Shown here one piece after another: positions 1 through 13,067 of a DNA stretch of 64,000 bases (within the stretch, counting starts at the first letter, position 1; each line of letters opens with the position of its first letter). The stretch comes from Octopus sinensis. Lineage: Eukaryota. The notes under the pieces were generated by a model, which did no database searches, was not told the DNA's origin, and saw only the letters and a list, made by a program, of their open reading frames with translations. The DNA lies in NCBI RefSeq assembly GCF_006345805.1, contig NC_043019.1, positions 18,971,360-19,035,359 of the forward strand, given 5' to 3'. The position numbers and the translations under genes are program-made.

Positions 1-159
1 TAAGTGGGGAAGTTGAAATTTCTGTGGCTGCCAATTTAGTTCACTGTGCGGCCATAGGTGGCGTTGTGCGTTCCGTGTGTTTACATACATTATTTACACT
101 GCACTTATTAGTGGAAACAAGTTGCAGCCTTTGGACTAATAAGGCTGCAGCTTAAACTG

Positions 160-395
160 GCTTCCATTGTGTTTGAGTGAGTGAGATTACAACAGAACCT
201 CATGGATGGGACACCAGTCCATCTCAGGGTTAACTTCCCCAGTTATTGCTGAAACTCATTTACAGCTGAGTGGACTGAGCAATGTGAAGTGAACTGTTTT
301 ATTGAGTGGAAAATAAAACACTGCTTCATCTGAGAACTGAAAAGAACAAAATTTACAATTGCAAGCGCAACACTCTAAACATTGACTTGCACATA
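160..395 (-). mobile_element. SINE fragment (family D; tRNA-like head plus central conserved-type domain)
   Basis: Shares catttacagctgagtggactg(g)agc-aa-gtgaagtga with 23300-23480 and 31190-31460; tRNA-like head on the - strand at the right end. Confidence 0.5.
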
Positions 396-804
396 TTCTT
401 GTCCTGGTTTTGGGAAAATTTTTAAACCATTAAATTTTATTAAACCCAATTGAAATAATACCAAATCTACTTCTTCTATCATCTTCAGAGACATTGGCTA
501 ATGTAGTCATCCACATCCCTAAAAGATGCAGAGGTCATGACACAGATTGAGAGAATGGCTTCTATGTTCATAACCCTCCTCCTAAGAAACACCCGTTCAG
601 AGGAACATGACTGGAACCCACAAGATATGTTGGTGTTAATTTGTTCTCTGAAATGAATAAAACTGACTAATTAAAATAAATTCCAATCATATCAATAAGC
701 AAGATATTTGTTGTTAAAGTTAACAATTCTTGCACTCGCCAAAAACAACAAAACTTCTGGTTTTAACATAAAAAGCAGAATTGCTGCACGACATCAGTTT
801 CAAA

Positions 805-1060
805 ATGGCTGACACAAGTGATGAGAACATGTCATCCATTTCTTCAGTGGACATCGGCCTTCGTTTGTCTTTGGAAGAGTCATCTTTGGACAATACGAAT
901 GATGATGAAGTTGTCCAACACATTGCACCATATGGATTGGAACCAGAAGCATCATATTTAGAAGAATCCAATTCATCGTTACTGGCCGCTGACCGTGACG
1001 AGGAAGGTGAGCCTCGATGAGGAAACAGTAAATGGTTCTAGAAACATTCCCAACCAAAAT
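805..1060 (+). pseudogene. Possible degraded KolX / P2X7-ballast-like ORF start (Kolobok-type transposon accessory gene)
   Basis: Acidic N-terminus MADTSDENMSSISS...IAPYGLEPEA...; read-through of stops gives R*GNSKWF*KHSQP, resembling the PY-x-FEPE...RLGNTxWCxCxxC pattern (recalled, not searched). Confidence 0.3.
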
Positions 1061-1849
1061 TGTTCAAATGATCAAATACTCTGGCCTCAGGTTAGTTGAA
1101 AGTATGTGTGTATTCTATCTAGGACATGAATTTTACATGCTGTGGAGTCCACCAGGCTGACCAGGACGAAGATATCGGGACAATTTAATTACTTTAATTA
1201 GACTATTAAGCTTTGCTGTGACAATTATCAAAGTGACATTGTTGTAAAAGTATTAATTCTCTATAATTAGCCTCTTGTTTTGTTATAAGTCATAAATTCT
1301 TACAGTATAAACAAGCTGAATACAACAAGAGGCCTATTTTCAAAATGACAGGTCGTTTTGTACATCCCACATTTCTATGCAATATTGCAAAACAATAACA
1401 TTTCTTAATGTCTGTTATTATTTACCTTTATCCTATCCTACATTGACCTACAAGCATTTTAATTACATTTCAAAACATAAAATTCAACAATATATGCTGA
1501 TTGATAAATGAAGTGATAGCCTGAGGTCGGCTTGTGTATATTTAGGTTACCTCGGGTGTTATAACCTTTCGAGGCTTTTTGAACCAATCGCTCAAAGTTG
1601 AATTTACTATTTAGTTTTTAAAACTGTAATATAGAAATTTGTGGTCGTGGATTTATATGCAACAATCATGAGTGATATTAAACAATAATCTTTTTCTTTC
1701 CCTTTTCATAATGGCTGGGCATTCTTGTGTGGGGATAGGGATGACAAGAATGCCTCATTGAGATCATCCAGTTTCCTCTTGGGATAAATAGGCAGTAGGG
1801 ATCTCAGACATAAACACTTCCTCCTTTTTTATTCTGAACTCCTTCATAA

Positions 1850-2270
1850 GCAAATATTGCACTTCAAAACAGTTTGGATTAAAATGCTCTCAACAAACCC
1901 TGGTGTGCTGTGAAGGTCCAGACCACTGCTCTTGTGAGCGTCACAAACCGAGTCCATGCTGCTTGCTGTCGCTCGTCTTGGGGGGAAAATGTGTACAGAA
2001 ATACTGTCTAACGGCCTACTACTACACCCTGTCACATCACACATTTTACCCTTCACCCTGGAACTCCTAATAAATGGTAACATTCTACAAGTCCTCAATC
2101 ATTCAACATGGACAATTGTGCCAATGATGTTATGTGGCACCACATCAAGATATCTCATTTATTGGCAAATAAATGTTTGTGATTGTACAACTGATTGAAT
2201 TTATTTATAAATTCATACAAAATAACATCCATTTGTGTGACAGGTTCCCGGACCTTAAAAATCAAAAAAT
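1850..2270 (+). mobile_element. Possible highly degraded Tc1/mariner-superfamily relic
   Basis: Frameshifted fragments EILSNGLLLHP (cf. RILxxDLxLHPY) and HHIKISHLL (cf. GHHxEHLL C-terminus); weak. Confidence 0.25.
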
Positions 2271-4004
2271 CAAATCCTCTTTTACTACTTATTATTGTGA
2301 AAGTGGTGGTGGAATTACTGTAGCATGGTCGTGTAATCAGTTGTTATTCAATCCCTGATGAACCTTGATTCAGTAGACCCACTATTATGATGCTCTCTGC
2401 TCTTAATAAACTGGCTGAGTTCATCTGTTCCTCACCCACTTGGCTCTCCTCCTCCTCCCATCACCCATTTCTCCCTTCCCAGAATATTCTTTTGTCTATT
2501 ATTTATCCAACTCATTCAGCTGCTGCCAAGCTGGAGCACTGCCCTGATTGAAAGATTTACCCAAATCATCTCCAGTAATTACATTTGTTAAAAAAGTTTG
2601 CTCCTTATTTTGTCAGTTTCCTTTGTCCAACTGCTAATAGGGACATTATACAAACACCAGGTGTCAAAGGGCTTCCCTACAGTTTCTGTCTACCAAACCC
2701 ACTCACAAGACTTTGATCAGCCTTAGGCTATAGTAGAAGACACTTGACAAAAGTGCCACACAGAGGGACTGAACCTGAAACCACATGCTTCCAAAGCTGG
2801 CTTCTTAAGTACACCCCTATACCTGGTACCCAGAAAGGTCAGCCTTTTAGAATTCCGTTCTTGCTTATGGCTTTCCTGTAGTTGTTGACTTTGTAATGGC
2901 ATTAATCTCACAGGTCCCCTTAAGGACTTGAGAAGGACATGACTGCAGTTCCTTCTCAAGACCCAACAAGTAGAAAAGACAAAAAAGGGGCCATGACCAC
3001 AGAGTCTTTGAAGGGAGGTCCATGAATACATTGTGTACTTTTCTTTTTGTTAAGGTGATAAAAGTGGATTTGGTTGTTATTTCTAGCAGGTTGCCTGACA
3101 GCTTATAGGATCTTTTATTGACTTAGATGAGTCGTGTAGTAGTAGTAGTAACAGCAGCAGCTGCAACTGGTGCTCTTGGTGATGCTAATGTTGTTGTTTA
3201 GTCCCAAGTCAACCCTGGTTAAGCAAATCTATGATGAAAGTAAGTCCAGCCATGGCCATCCTGTCTACACTCAATGTATGATTTCAGAGACCAGACTCCA
3301 TCCTTCATCAACCTAAGGCAATATAAATGGTGGGGTGGGACGGGGGGGGGGTAGTAATGTTAGTTGTAATGTTGTCTAATCACAGGTCTGTCCCTGATCA
3401 AGCAGACCTAGGATTAAAAGGCATTCCAGCCATGACCTCTCCCATTTGTTTTTAAAGACTGCATCTTGGATCAATCTGTCTAATTGCATGACCTGTTTTT
3501 AAGATGGTATGATTGGTTAATTGATTGGGAGAGAGAGAGAGAGAGAGAAATGGAGAAGGCAAATGAAGACGGAACAAACCAAATTATTAGGGGAGGGAGG
3601 GTAGGTTGCAAGTTGGTGGATAAAAGAGGTAAGAGATGTGGTTGAAAATAAATTCCCCCACCAGCAGTTTAATTAATTCCTCTAGCTACTTGGTAATTAA
3701 ACTGAGTTTTTATCCTTTTAATTAATTATGGTTACTGATTACTTTCCTTCTGTTGTTGCATTTTATTATTTATGGAGGTTGTAGTAGAGTTGTTTAATCA
3801 AATTCAGATGGCCTACAATCAAAGGTGTTCCAGGTATGATCATCCCATCTTTATATATAACGGGCCTCACGGAGGCGAGATGGCTGAGTTCCCTTCAAGT
3901 GTTGGGCCTCATCGATCAAGACCTTTGGCATTATGCTGCGCTCGAGAAGAAGACCCATCAAGCCAAATAAAATGGCAGTTGTGCCAGATACCAGTGTCAC
4001 ACAA

Positions 4005-4158
4005 ATGGCATGTAAAAGCACCCGTTACACTCTCAGAGCATCCGGCCATAGAAACCTTGCCAAATCAGACTGGATCCTGGCATGCCAGCCCAGTCAAACC
4101 GTCCAACCCATGCCAGCATGGACAATGAACATTAAAAGATGATGATGATGATGATGAT
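4005..4158 (+). mobile_element. 5'-truncated RTE LINE 3' end
   Basis: Homologous to reverse complement of 8251-8420; ends in (GAT)n tail at 4139-4158. Confidence 0.75.
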
Positions 4159-4167
4159 CTGTATAGG

Positions 4168-4772
4168 TGCAGGCGTGGCCGCGTGGTTAAGAAGCTTACC
4201 TTCTGTGTTCTGAGGTTCAGTCATACTACACAGCACCTTGGCTAAAGGTCTTCTTTTATAGCCCCAGGCCAATTAAAGCCTTCTGAGCAGATTTGGTAGA
4301 TGGAAACTGAAAGAAGCCTGTTGTGTGTGTGTGTACGCCCTTGTTTGGACATCACATAATGATTTTTATAAATAAGTGTTACCATCATCATCATCATCAT
4401 CATTGTTTAACGTCCGCTTTCCAAGCTGGCATGGGTTGGACGATTTGACTGAGGTCTGGCGAACCAGATGGCTGCCCTTCCTAACGCCAACCACTCCGAG
4501 TGTAGTGGGTGCTTTTACGTGCCACCGGCATGAGGCTCAGTCAGGCAGAACTGGCAATGGCCACACTCAAGTGGTGCTTTTTATACAAGTGAAGATATTC
4601 ATTCCTAGTGTTGCACGAAAATCATGTCTGGTCATGGAGAAATATTACTTCATTTGGAAACAGATAAGGGTTTGTGACAGGAAGGGCATCCAGCCGTAGA
4701 ACAATCTGCCTCAATAAACTCCATCTGACCCATGCAAGCATGGAAAAAAGTAGACATAGGATAATGATGAAG
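4168..4772 (+). mobile_element. SINE head B + tail F, interrupted by an antisense RTE 3'-end copy (~4380-4575)
   Basis: tRNA-like head gcgtggccgcgtggttaagaag...ggttcagtc, (TG)n linker, RTE-like tail ggaagggcatccagcc...catgcaagcatggaaa. Confidence 0.65.
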
Positions 4773-6307
4773 TCTACATTGTGTGTCCTCTTTGTTTGGG
4801 AGTGGTGGGCACGAGTGTGTTGAGCTTTATTTCTTACCAGTTAAGTAACCATTTAGATTTATGGGTCCCTTTGTTGGTTCGTGATGATGTGCTGTAGTTT
4901 TTGTTGGGTGTCTCATTGATGGTGAGGGTTATAGTGGTGTTATTTAGCCCTTTCCCATGTCTAATACGCTAAGAATCACATCATCTGATGTGTTCTTTTT
5001 ATGACAACAGGAAGTAATCTGAGAGAAATATGGTTGTTATTTCAAGCACAGCAAGTAACCACATAGAAGCCGCTTTAATTGTTGTTCGGTATGGGATAGC
5101 TGTTTCAGCCATGATCATCCTGCATTTTGTTTAAAGATCCACAAATACATTTGTGTATCTTTTTCTAAGATGGTGGAGTGTATTAAGGGAATTTGGCTAC
5201 TATTTCTAGCACAGAGGTTCAGCTACCACATAGAGGCAACCTCATTGAATCATGGCTCACTCCTTCCTCCCCCAAATATCGAGCATTCCCCTAGAATTTT
5301 TATTCTTCTCATCATTCCTGCAAGTGTTGACTTACAAAAGTTCAAGAGGGGGTATTTAACAGCATAAACTTTTGGAGAAGGTGGGGGTACAAGGGCCACA
5401 AGCATTGCTCCTTTCTCTGGACCCAGCAAAAGAAAACAAAACATCTTGTCCATTATCCAACAAGGGAACTTCAATGTATGGTCATTCAACCTGCTAGAAA
5501 TAGCAAACAAATTTCCCTAAAATCACACCCTACCATTCTTAAAAAAAACAAGACTCACAGGATAACGTAGTCTTCTATATTTTTGAGCAACCCTGCAGGA
5601 TGTTTATTGATCAGTTGTCGATTGGATTTGGTTCCAAATGTGGGACCTTCCACCAGTGGTGAGTGGCATTGATATCGCCAAGGAAGATCCGGGTTATTTT
5701 GTCTCAAATTCTGACACACCTTCTTCCTTTTTCCTGTCCTCCACCGGATGCAGCTGTAACCACTCGAGCTAACAGCTAAGTCTATCACTTATGAAGGAAT
5801 GGTCACCACAAGCTTTGAGAAGAAATTTTGATTAGGGAACCTTCCAAGACAAATAAATGGCCATTGTAGCAGGTTATCACTGAATGAGTAGACTTATGAT
5901 CAAAACCATTCTGACGGTGACCACCAATACTGAATCTGTGACTAAATTGTACAATATGATTTTCTTTTTAGAAAAGAAAAGGTGAGATTTAATGAAGATT
6001 TGGCTGCTATTTTTAGCAAGTGAAGCAACAGCATAGAAATTCTCATATTTTGTTGTAGTTGTTTGTAGCATAATAAATAAGAGTATTAGAAACAAAGAGT
6101 TGTAAAGCTCAATCGCAATCAAAGTATGAATGATGACTAATGATTAACAGGAAGAGAACCAAATGAAAATATTTGCCATTCATAAGTTGAGATTAAAACT
6201 CAGGAAAATTTCTCCTTCACAACTAATAAAGACTCATGTGAAATACTTAAGCATCTAATCAGTTTGTTACCAAATGAATTCAAATTAATCTAGAATTAAT
6301 CTAGATG

Positions 6308-6645
6308 CAGGAATAGCTGTATGGTTAAGAAGATCAACTTGCAACCATGTCGTTTTAGGTTCAATCCCAGTGAATGGCACTTCAGGCAAGTGTGTTGTTC
6401 TATAGCCCTGGGTCAACAAATGCCTTGAGTGAGAGAAACTGTATGGAAGCCTATTCTTTATAAATGTGTTTGTCTTCTCCCTACTGTTTAACGACCAGTG
6501 TTGGTTTGTTGGCCTTCATAACTTAGCAGTTCAGCTAAAGAAACTGATAGAATAAGTACGAGGGTTGATTTGTTGAATCAAACTCCTCAAGATGGAGCTC
6601 CAGCATGGTCGCAGTCCAACGACTGAAGCAAGTAAAAGAATTATG
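6308..6645 (+). mobile_element. SINE head B + tail E
   Basis: Co-linear with 41791-42195; ends ...gactgaagcaagtaaaaga. Confidence 0.65.
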
Positions 6646-7254
6646 TCATCTTACAAAAGGGGCTCTGCAATGGCTCAATGGTTAAGAAGGTTGCTTCATA
6701 AATAAAAAGGTTCCTGGTTCAATTCTATTGTATGCCTTATATCAATCAATACATTGCCAGTGAGATTTGGAATGGATGGAAAGTAACACCCTACCAGAAT
6801 ACACCCCCCCCCCGCCTCCATTCACTTACACAGTTACAATGAGATTCTGCTTGTTTCTGGCTAATTTTACTCATAACTCATCTGGGTTTTTACTAGGGAC
6901 ACTTGCCTAATTGCATGTGGATGGGTGCTGGCACGTACATGCAAACACACACACACATTCATCTCTCTCTGTTTTACTGATGTATAAACATTAGCAAGAA
7001 AAAGGAGCATTGTTTTTTTTTCTTAAATGGAAGTAATTTGTGATATTTGTTCTGCACAGAGTTACAGACACTCCCTTATTGCCCTTACCCTTAGAAATAC
7101 AGAGAATCAGTAATTGATCTTTTAAAAGCTATAACCAGTGACATTGATATTCCACCAAATGTAATTTAAAACAAGGAAGCAGTGACAGGTGACAGAGACC
7201 TTTGGTGTGTAGACATGTCCAGCCAAGTGAGACCGTAGTCATGGAAGATGCCTG

Positions 7255-7460
7255 TGTCAGGTCAATGGCACCTGTGCCAGTGGCATGTAAAAAAGCACCC
7301 ACTACACTCTTAGAGTGGTTGGCATTAGGAAGGGCTGCCAGCCTTAGAAACCTTGCCAGATCAGGTTGGAACCTGGTGCAGCTCCCTGGCTTACCAATCT
7401 TCAATCAATCTGTCCAACCCATGCCAGCATGGAAAGCAGACGTTAAATGATGATGGTGAT
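7255..7460 (+). mobile_element. 5'-truncated RTE LINE 3' end
   Basis: ggcatgtaaaaaagcaccc...catgccagcatggaaagcagacgttaaatgatgatg matches the RTE 3' terminus. Confidence 0.75.
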
Positions 7461-8250
7461 GAGGAAGAAGTAAGGCAACTATTGTGAAGTGTGCAGTTTG
7501 GAATAATTGTTGCAGTTGGCTATGGAATGAAGAAACATCTATGTGGACACTCCATTGGCTAGAAATAGCAATCAAATCTCCAATTACTCACTACCACCTT
7601 GAACAGAGAGACACATTGGATAATGTCCTAGAGTCGTAAAGCTTGGGTTTGGTGGATGAACAAAATCATAAGGGAGTCAGATGAAATGTCTTGGGGTATG
7701 CTTTCCAGAGCTTTAGGTTCTGAGTTCAATTTTGCCTTCCTTCACTGCAGGGTTGATATGAAAAGGTACCAATGAACTACCAATGACTGACACACCATGG
7801 AGAAAAAGACAAAAATAATCATTTCAAAACTGTTACAAATAATGACAACCAAAGAAAGAATGGAATGAAAAAGAGACACACCCACACACACGCTTCCTAC
7901 AACTCCGGAGTCCACAGATCAAAGCCTAATTCTCAAAGACAGATGGGAGAGATTGAATCACACACACAGAGTTAGGCAAAGATGAGTGAAAGCTATCACT
8001 GTTCCATAATACTTTGGGTAGGTTAAGTGTATTTGTAGGGGTCTATGAATGTATGCAATGGGGCTTGAACCCCAAACCATGTAGTTGCAAAGTAAGCTCA
8101 GAAAGGAAAGAAGTCCAACAAAATACTGTAATGTTATTTAGGCTACCATTTCTAACAGCAACAGAGCCTCCAGAAATAACAGCAAAATCTTCCTCAAATA
8201 ACACCCTTTCATTTGAAAAAAAAAATGCATTGGATGTGATCCAAGATTAT

Positions 8251-11200
8251 ATCATCATCATTTAACGTCCGCTTTCCATGCTGGCATGGGTTGGACGATT
8301 TGACTGAGGTCTGGTGAACCAGACTCCAATCTGATCTGGCAGAGTTTCTACAGCTGGATGCCCTTCCTAATGCCAACCACTCCGAGTATTGTAGTGGGTG
8401 CTTTTACGTGCCACTGGCATGAGGGCCAGTTTGGTGGTACTGGCAACGGCCATGCCCAACTGGTGCTTTTTACATGCCACCTGCACAGGAGCCAGTCCAG
8501 CAGCACTGGCGACGACCTCGCTCGAATGTTTCACATGCCACCAGCACAAGTGCTAGTAAGGCGACGCAGTAATGATCACACTTGAATGGTGTGCTTAACA
8601 TGCCATTGGCACGAAGACCAGCTTGTTGCTCTGGCAAAGATTTCACTCGTATGGTACTCTTAGCGCTCCACTAGCAATGGATGCCAGTCACCGAATTTGA
8701 TTTCGACTTCGATTTCACTTGCCTCAACTGGTCTTCACAAGCAGAGTTTAGTGTCCAATGAAGAAAAGGCACACATAAGTGGACTGGTTACACCCCTAGC
8801 ATAGGCCACAAGGTTATGGCCACACTTGCGCTTGCCGAGTCTTCTGCAGCACAGCATATTTCCAGAGGTCCCGGTCACTAGTCATTGCCTTGGTGAGGCC
8901 CAATGTTTGAAGGTCATGATTCACCACCTCATCCCAGGTCTTCCTGGGTCCACCTCTTCCACAGGTTCCCTCAACCGCTAGGGTGTGGCACTTTTTCACA
9001 CAGCTATCCTCATCCATTCTTGTCACATGACCATACCAGCGCAGTTGTCTCTCTTGCACACCACATCTGATGCTTCTTAGGTCCAACAATTCTCTCAGGG
9101 CACTAACACTCTGTCGAGTATGCACACTGACATTACACACCCATCAGAGCATGCTGACTTCATTCCTTGCGAGCTTACACATGTCCTCAGCAGTCACGGC
9201 CCATGTTTCACTGCCATGTAGCATGGCTGTTCGTACACATGCGTCATACAGTCTACCTTTTACTCTGAGCGAGAGACCCTTTGTCACTAGCAGAGGTAAG
9301 AGCTCTCTGAACTTTGCCCAGGCTATTCTTACTCTAGCAGTTACACTTTCAGCACCCCTGCCCCCACTACTGACTTGCTCACCTAGGTAACTGAAGTTAT
9401 CAACTACTTCTAGTTTTTCTACCTGGAAAGTGACGGAAGTTGTTCTCTGCAGATTTTCAGTGTTTATTGCTCCTGAGCATTTGCCACATACAAAAACTAT
9501 CTTCCTAGTTAGCCTTCCTTTGACATTGCTGCACCTCTTATGTGTCCATAGCTTACACTGGGTACATCTTATAGAGCTTCTACCTACGTCTTTTCTACAG
9601 ATCAAACAGGGCCATCTACCTGAAGGGATTTGTGGTTTGCCCGCCTTCCTACTTATTAGGACTTTGGTTTTAGCTAGGTTGACTCTAAGGCCCTTCGATT
9701 CTAATCCTTGCTTCCACACCTGAAACTTCTCTTCCAGTTCTGATAGTGACTCAACAATTAGAGCAAGGTCATCAGCATAGAGAAGCTCCCAGGGGCATCC
9801 TGTCTTGAATTCCTCAGTTATTGCCTGGAGGACTATGATAAATAGGAGGGGGTTGAGGACTGAACCTTAGTGGACCCCTACCAGGAATTCTTCACTGTAC
9901 TCATTGCCAACCCTCACCTTACTGACAGCATCCCTGTACATGGCTTGCACGGCTCTCACTAACCATTCATCTATCCCTAGTTTCCTCATTGACCCCAGAT
10001 AAGGAGTCGGAGGACCCTGTCGAAGGCTATCTCCATGTCAATGAAAGCCAGGTACAGGGGCTTATCTTTGGCTAAGTATTTCTCCTGCAGCTGTCTTACC
10101 AGAAATATAGCATCAGTAGTGCTTTTCCCTGGCACGAAACCAAACTGCATCTCATCTAGACTGACTCTCTCCCTAATTAGTTGGGCTATGACCCTCTCCG
10201 TGACCTTCATTACCTGATCCAACAGCTTGATACCTCTGTAATTATTTGTATCTAAAGTGTCACCTTTTCCTTTGTAGCAGTTTATTATGCTGCTACACCA
10301 GTCATTGGGTATGACTCCTTCGTGTATCACCTGGTTAACTATACGGGTGACTAGGCTATAGCCGACACTGCCAGATATTTTGAGCATCTCTGCAGTAATT
10401 CCTGAGGGGCTGGGGGCTTCCCCTGTCTTCATACTCTTAATTGCTTTATCTACCAAGGTACTGTCAACTCGGATAGCTGGTCCCTCTGTTGGGTCGACAA
10501 TCGGCAGACTCTTTCTCCCATTCATTTTCTTTGTTCAGCAACCTTTCATAGTGGCGTCTCCGAACCTCTCTCTTTGCAGCCTCATTTAGCGCAAGAGAAC
10601 CATCAACCAAGTGGACACATTTCTCTCCTACAACATCACAATTCTCTCTCACACACTGTCTTGCAACACGAAATACCTCAAGTCTTTAGTCCTCACGGCG
10701 CAGAACATTGGCAAATTTTTTCTTATCTGCTTCCCCTCTGGCTAAATACACCTGTCTCCTCGCTTCCCTTTTGGCAGTCTGATACACTTCCCTGCTATCA
10801 CCATTCTTCCAGTCCTTCCAAGCCTGTCTCTTTTCTCTAATAGCCCTGTCTACAACATTGTTCCACCACCACGTTATTTTGGGTCTTGAGGGGACTTTGC
10901 ACCAGCCACAGATCTGGTCAGTGGCTCTCAGCAGGTTGTCCCTTAGAAACCTCCAGTTGTCTTCTACCCCATGTGAAGCTATATCCCCTTCTACTTCGTC
11001 AGAGGCTTCAAGTAATATGTCCCTAAATCTCTGTCCATTTGCAGGATCTTTAAGCTTCCAGATCCTTCTTCTCCATATTTGTCGTCTTCTGGTTGTCCTC
11101 CTAGTCCTGATCCTAAAGTCACTAACTACAAGTCTATGTTGAGGGGTACATTCTTCACCTGGGAAGGTTTTGGCATTTATAAGCAGCCACCTTTCCCTTT

Positions 11201-12130
11201 ACCTGGCAAGGATGTAGTCAATTTGGCTGGTATGTCGGCCCGATTGGTAGGTGACTAGGTGGCTTGTAGGTTTCCTGAAGATAGTGTTGAAAACCCTAAG
11301 ATCATTTGCATCGCAGAACTCCAGCAGCCTGGTTCCCTCCTCGTTGCGAGAACCATAACCATAGCCTCCATGTATGCCATGGAAGCCCCCAGCATGTTGT
11401 CCATGTGCCCATTGAAGTCACCAACCACATTCGTCAACAAGGTAGTCTGCAGTAGGGTGTCATAGAATTGGTCTTTCTGTCCATCGGGTAGCCCCGGCTG
11501 AGGGGCATAGGCCGATATAATGGTTGCTAATCCATGATGAAGCACTAATCTAATCTTAAGTATTCTGTCGCATACTCTGATTACCTCAATTACCTTATCT
11601 GCCCATTTTTCAGTGAGAAGTATATCCACGCCCCCAACCCCATCAGTGTTCCCTGCCCCAGAAAATCTTGTAACTGTGTTCTTTGCCTGTGAGGAACCTA
11701 GCAGAACCTCCTCTCTACCTCACTTTTTGGATGCAACATATATCAACACATCTCCGTTCAAGCATCTTGTCTATCTCACTAGACCTACCTTTCAGTGTGC
11801 CAACGTTGAGGATGCCAACCCTGAGGGTGTGGGAGGTATGGGCCCTAGAGACCCTGGGACGGGGGACAGTAGCTTCATGTACCTGAAAAGAAAACTTGCA
11901 TTTGGCAGAATTCATGAGCAAGCAATACAGTAGCCTTCAGTTCAACCTGCATAACACTCCCCTTTCATATTTTGCACTATATGATCATTACCTTACATAG
12001 GAGATAGACCGAGACTGGGGGTGGGGATGGTGACCCAAAGATGGCAAAGGATAGGAACTTCCGGTACCAGTGGAGGGGGTGGGAGGGCGGGCGCACCTCT
12101 AACTAAGAAGAGGGTCTGCTAATCGTGGTT
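8251..12130 (-). mobile_element. Near-full-length RTE-clade LINE, inactivated
   Basis: APE (LNVGTLKG, SAYAPQ, GDFNGH), RT (QFGFVPGKSTTDAIF, AFIDME-AFD, LLYADDL at 9768-9779), C-terminal LRWYGHV, ~560-bp 3'UTR and (GAT)n tail at 8251-8260; 5' boundary approximate, no TSD found. Confidence 0.92.
8814..11882 (-). pseudogene. RTE endonuclease / reverse transcriptase ORF broken by stops and frameshifts
   Basis: ORF-track pieces 11715-11921, 11255-11629, 9986-10525, 9144-9719, 8814-9140 in the expected domain order. Confidence 0.9.
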
Positions 12131-12399
12131 TAACGAGAGACCAAAAAAGTAGGTTTGAAAAATCTGAGAAAGACAAATTTTAGGGAATAGAGAAGTGGCT
12201 GTGTGATAAGACTTTAATAGGTGAGTGAATCAATGAATATAAGGTTATCTTAGGGAACAACAAGGAAGACAAATAAATAAAACAGGGTGGTTACAGTTGG
12301 AATGCCTTTTGATCAGAGAGTAACTTGATTAACATTGACCAAGGGTTAAACAGCACTAACTGCCCAGCCTTTTCTCCTCAAAATGATGACTTGGTCAGA

Positions 12400-12600
12400 A
12401 GAGAGCTGGGGGCAAAGACCATTGTGGTAGCACACAAGGTTCCAATCTGCTGACCCAGGAAACATGGATCTATTCAACTCCAAACAGTCATATTGACAAT
12501 ATTTTCTTTATTAAGTTTGGAGGAAGGAACTGTATTGATGGTGTTTCCAGCTGCACTAAGACCAGTTTTACCAGGACATTTGCATACTGTTGATGGCAGC
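12400..12600 (+). mobile_element. LINE APE-endonuclease C-terminal fragment
   Basis: Translates TWIYSTPNSHIDNIFFIKFGGRNCIDGV (cf. TW...NQIDHICI.KKFRRS.EDV). Confidence 0.4.
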
Positions 12601-13067
12601 AACATTATTTTTATTCAGAGGTCATTAATGACTGACAACAGTTCTGGTTTTATGAAGGTCATAATCTATTGATGGCCGCAAAGAAGGGACATGCTCAGAA
12701 CACCAGCACCACTGAAGTCAAACACAAAAAAGCAGGTATAACCTTGTTAGTTCTGTAAGAAGTCCATATATGGTCATTCAGTATGCTAGAAATAGCAGCC
12801 AAATCCTCAACTCACACCTTGTTGTCCTACACAAAGGCACATTTCATTATGAGTTTCTCCTAAACATGGTTTCAGAAAGACAATAAATAAATAAATAAAC
12901 CAGGTGATCACAACTGGAATTTCAAAAATTGTAGCTCTGCTCAATCAGGACCTGGAACTAAACTATTACCACGTCATTAATTCTAAACACCATTAATGTT
13001 GACTGAAGGACAATAATTGTAATGTTCCAAGTCCATTTTCACTTGGAATGTGATAAACGAACAATAA

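Noticed and set aside
8390-8690. Regularly spaced gtgctttta(c/t)gtgccac units resembling a CRISPR-like array
   Set aside because: Degenerate tandem units inside the RTE 3'UTR, repeated in other RTE copies; no unique spacers or cas genes; eukaryotic context.
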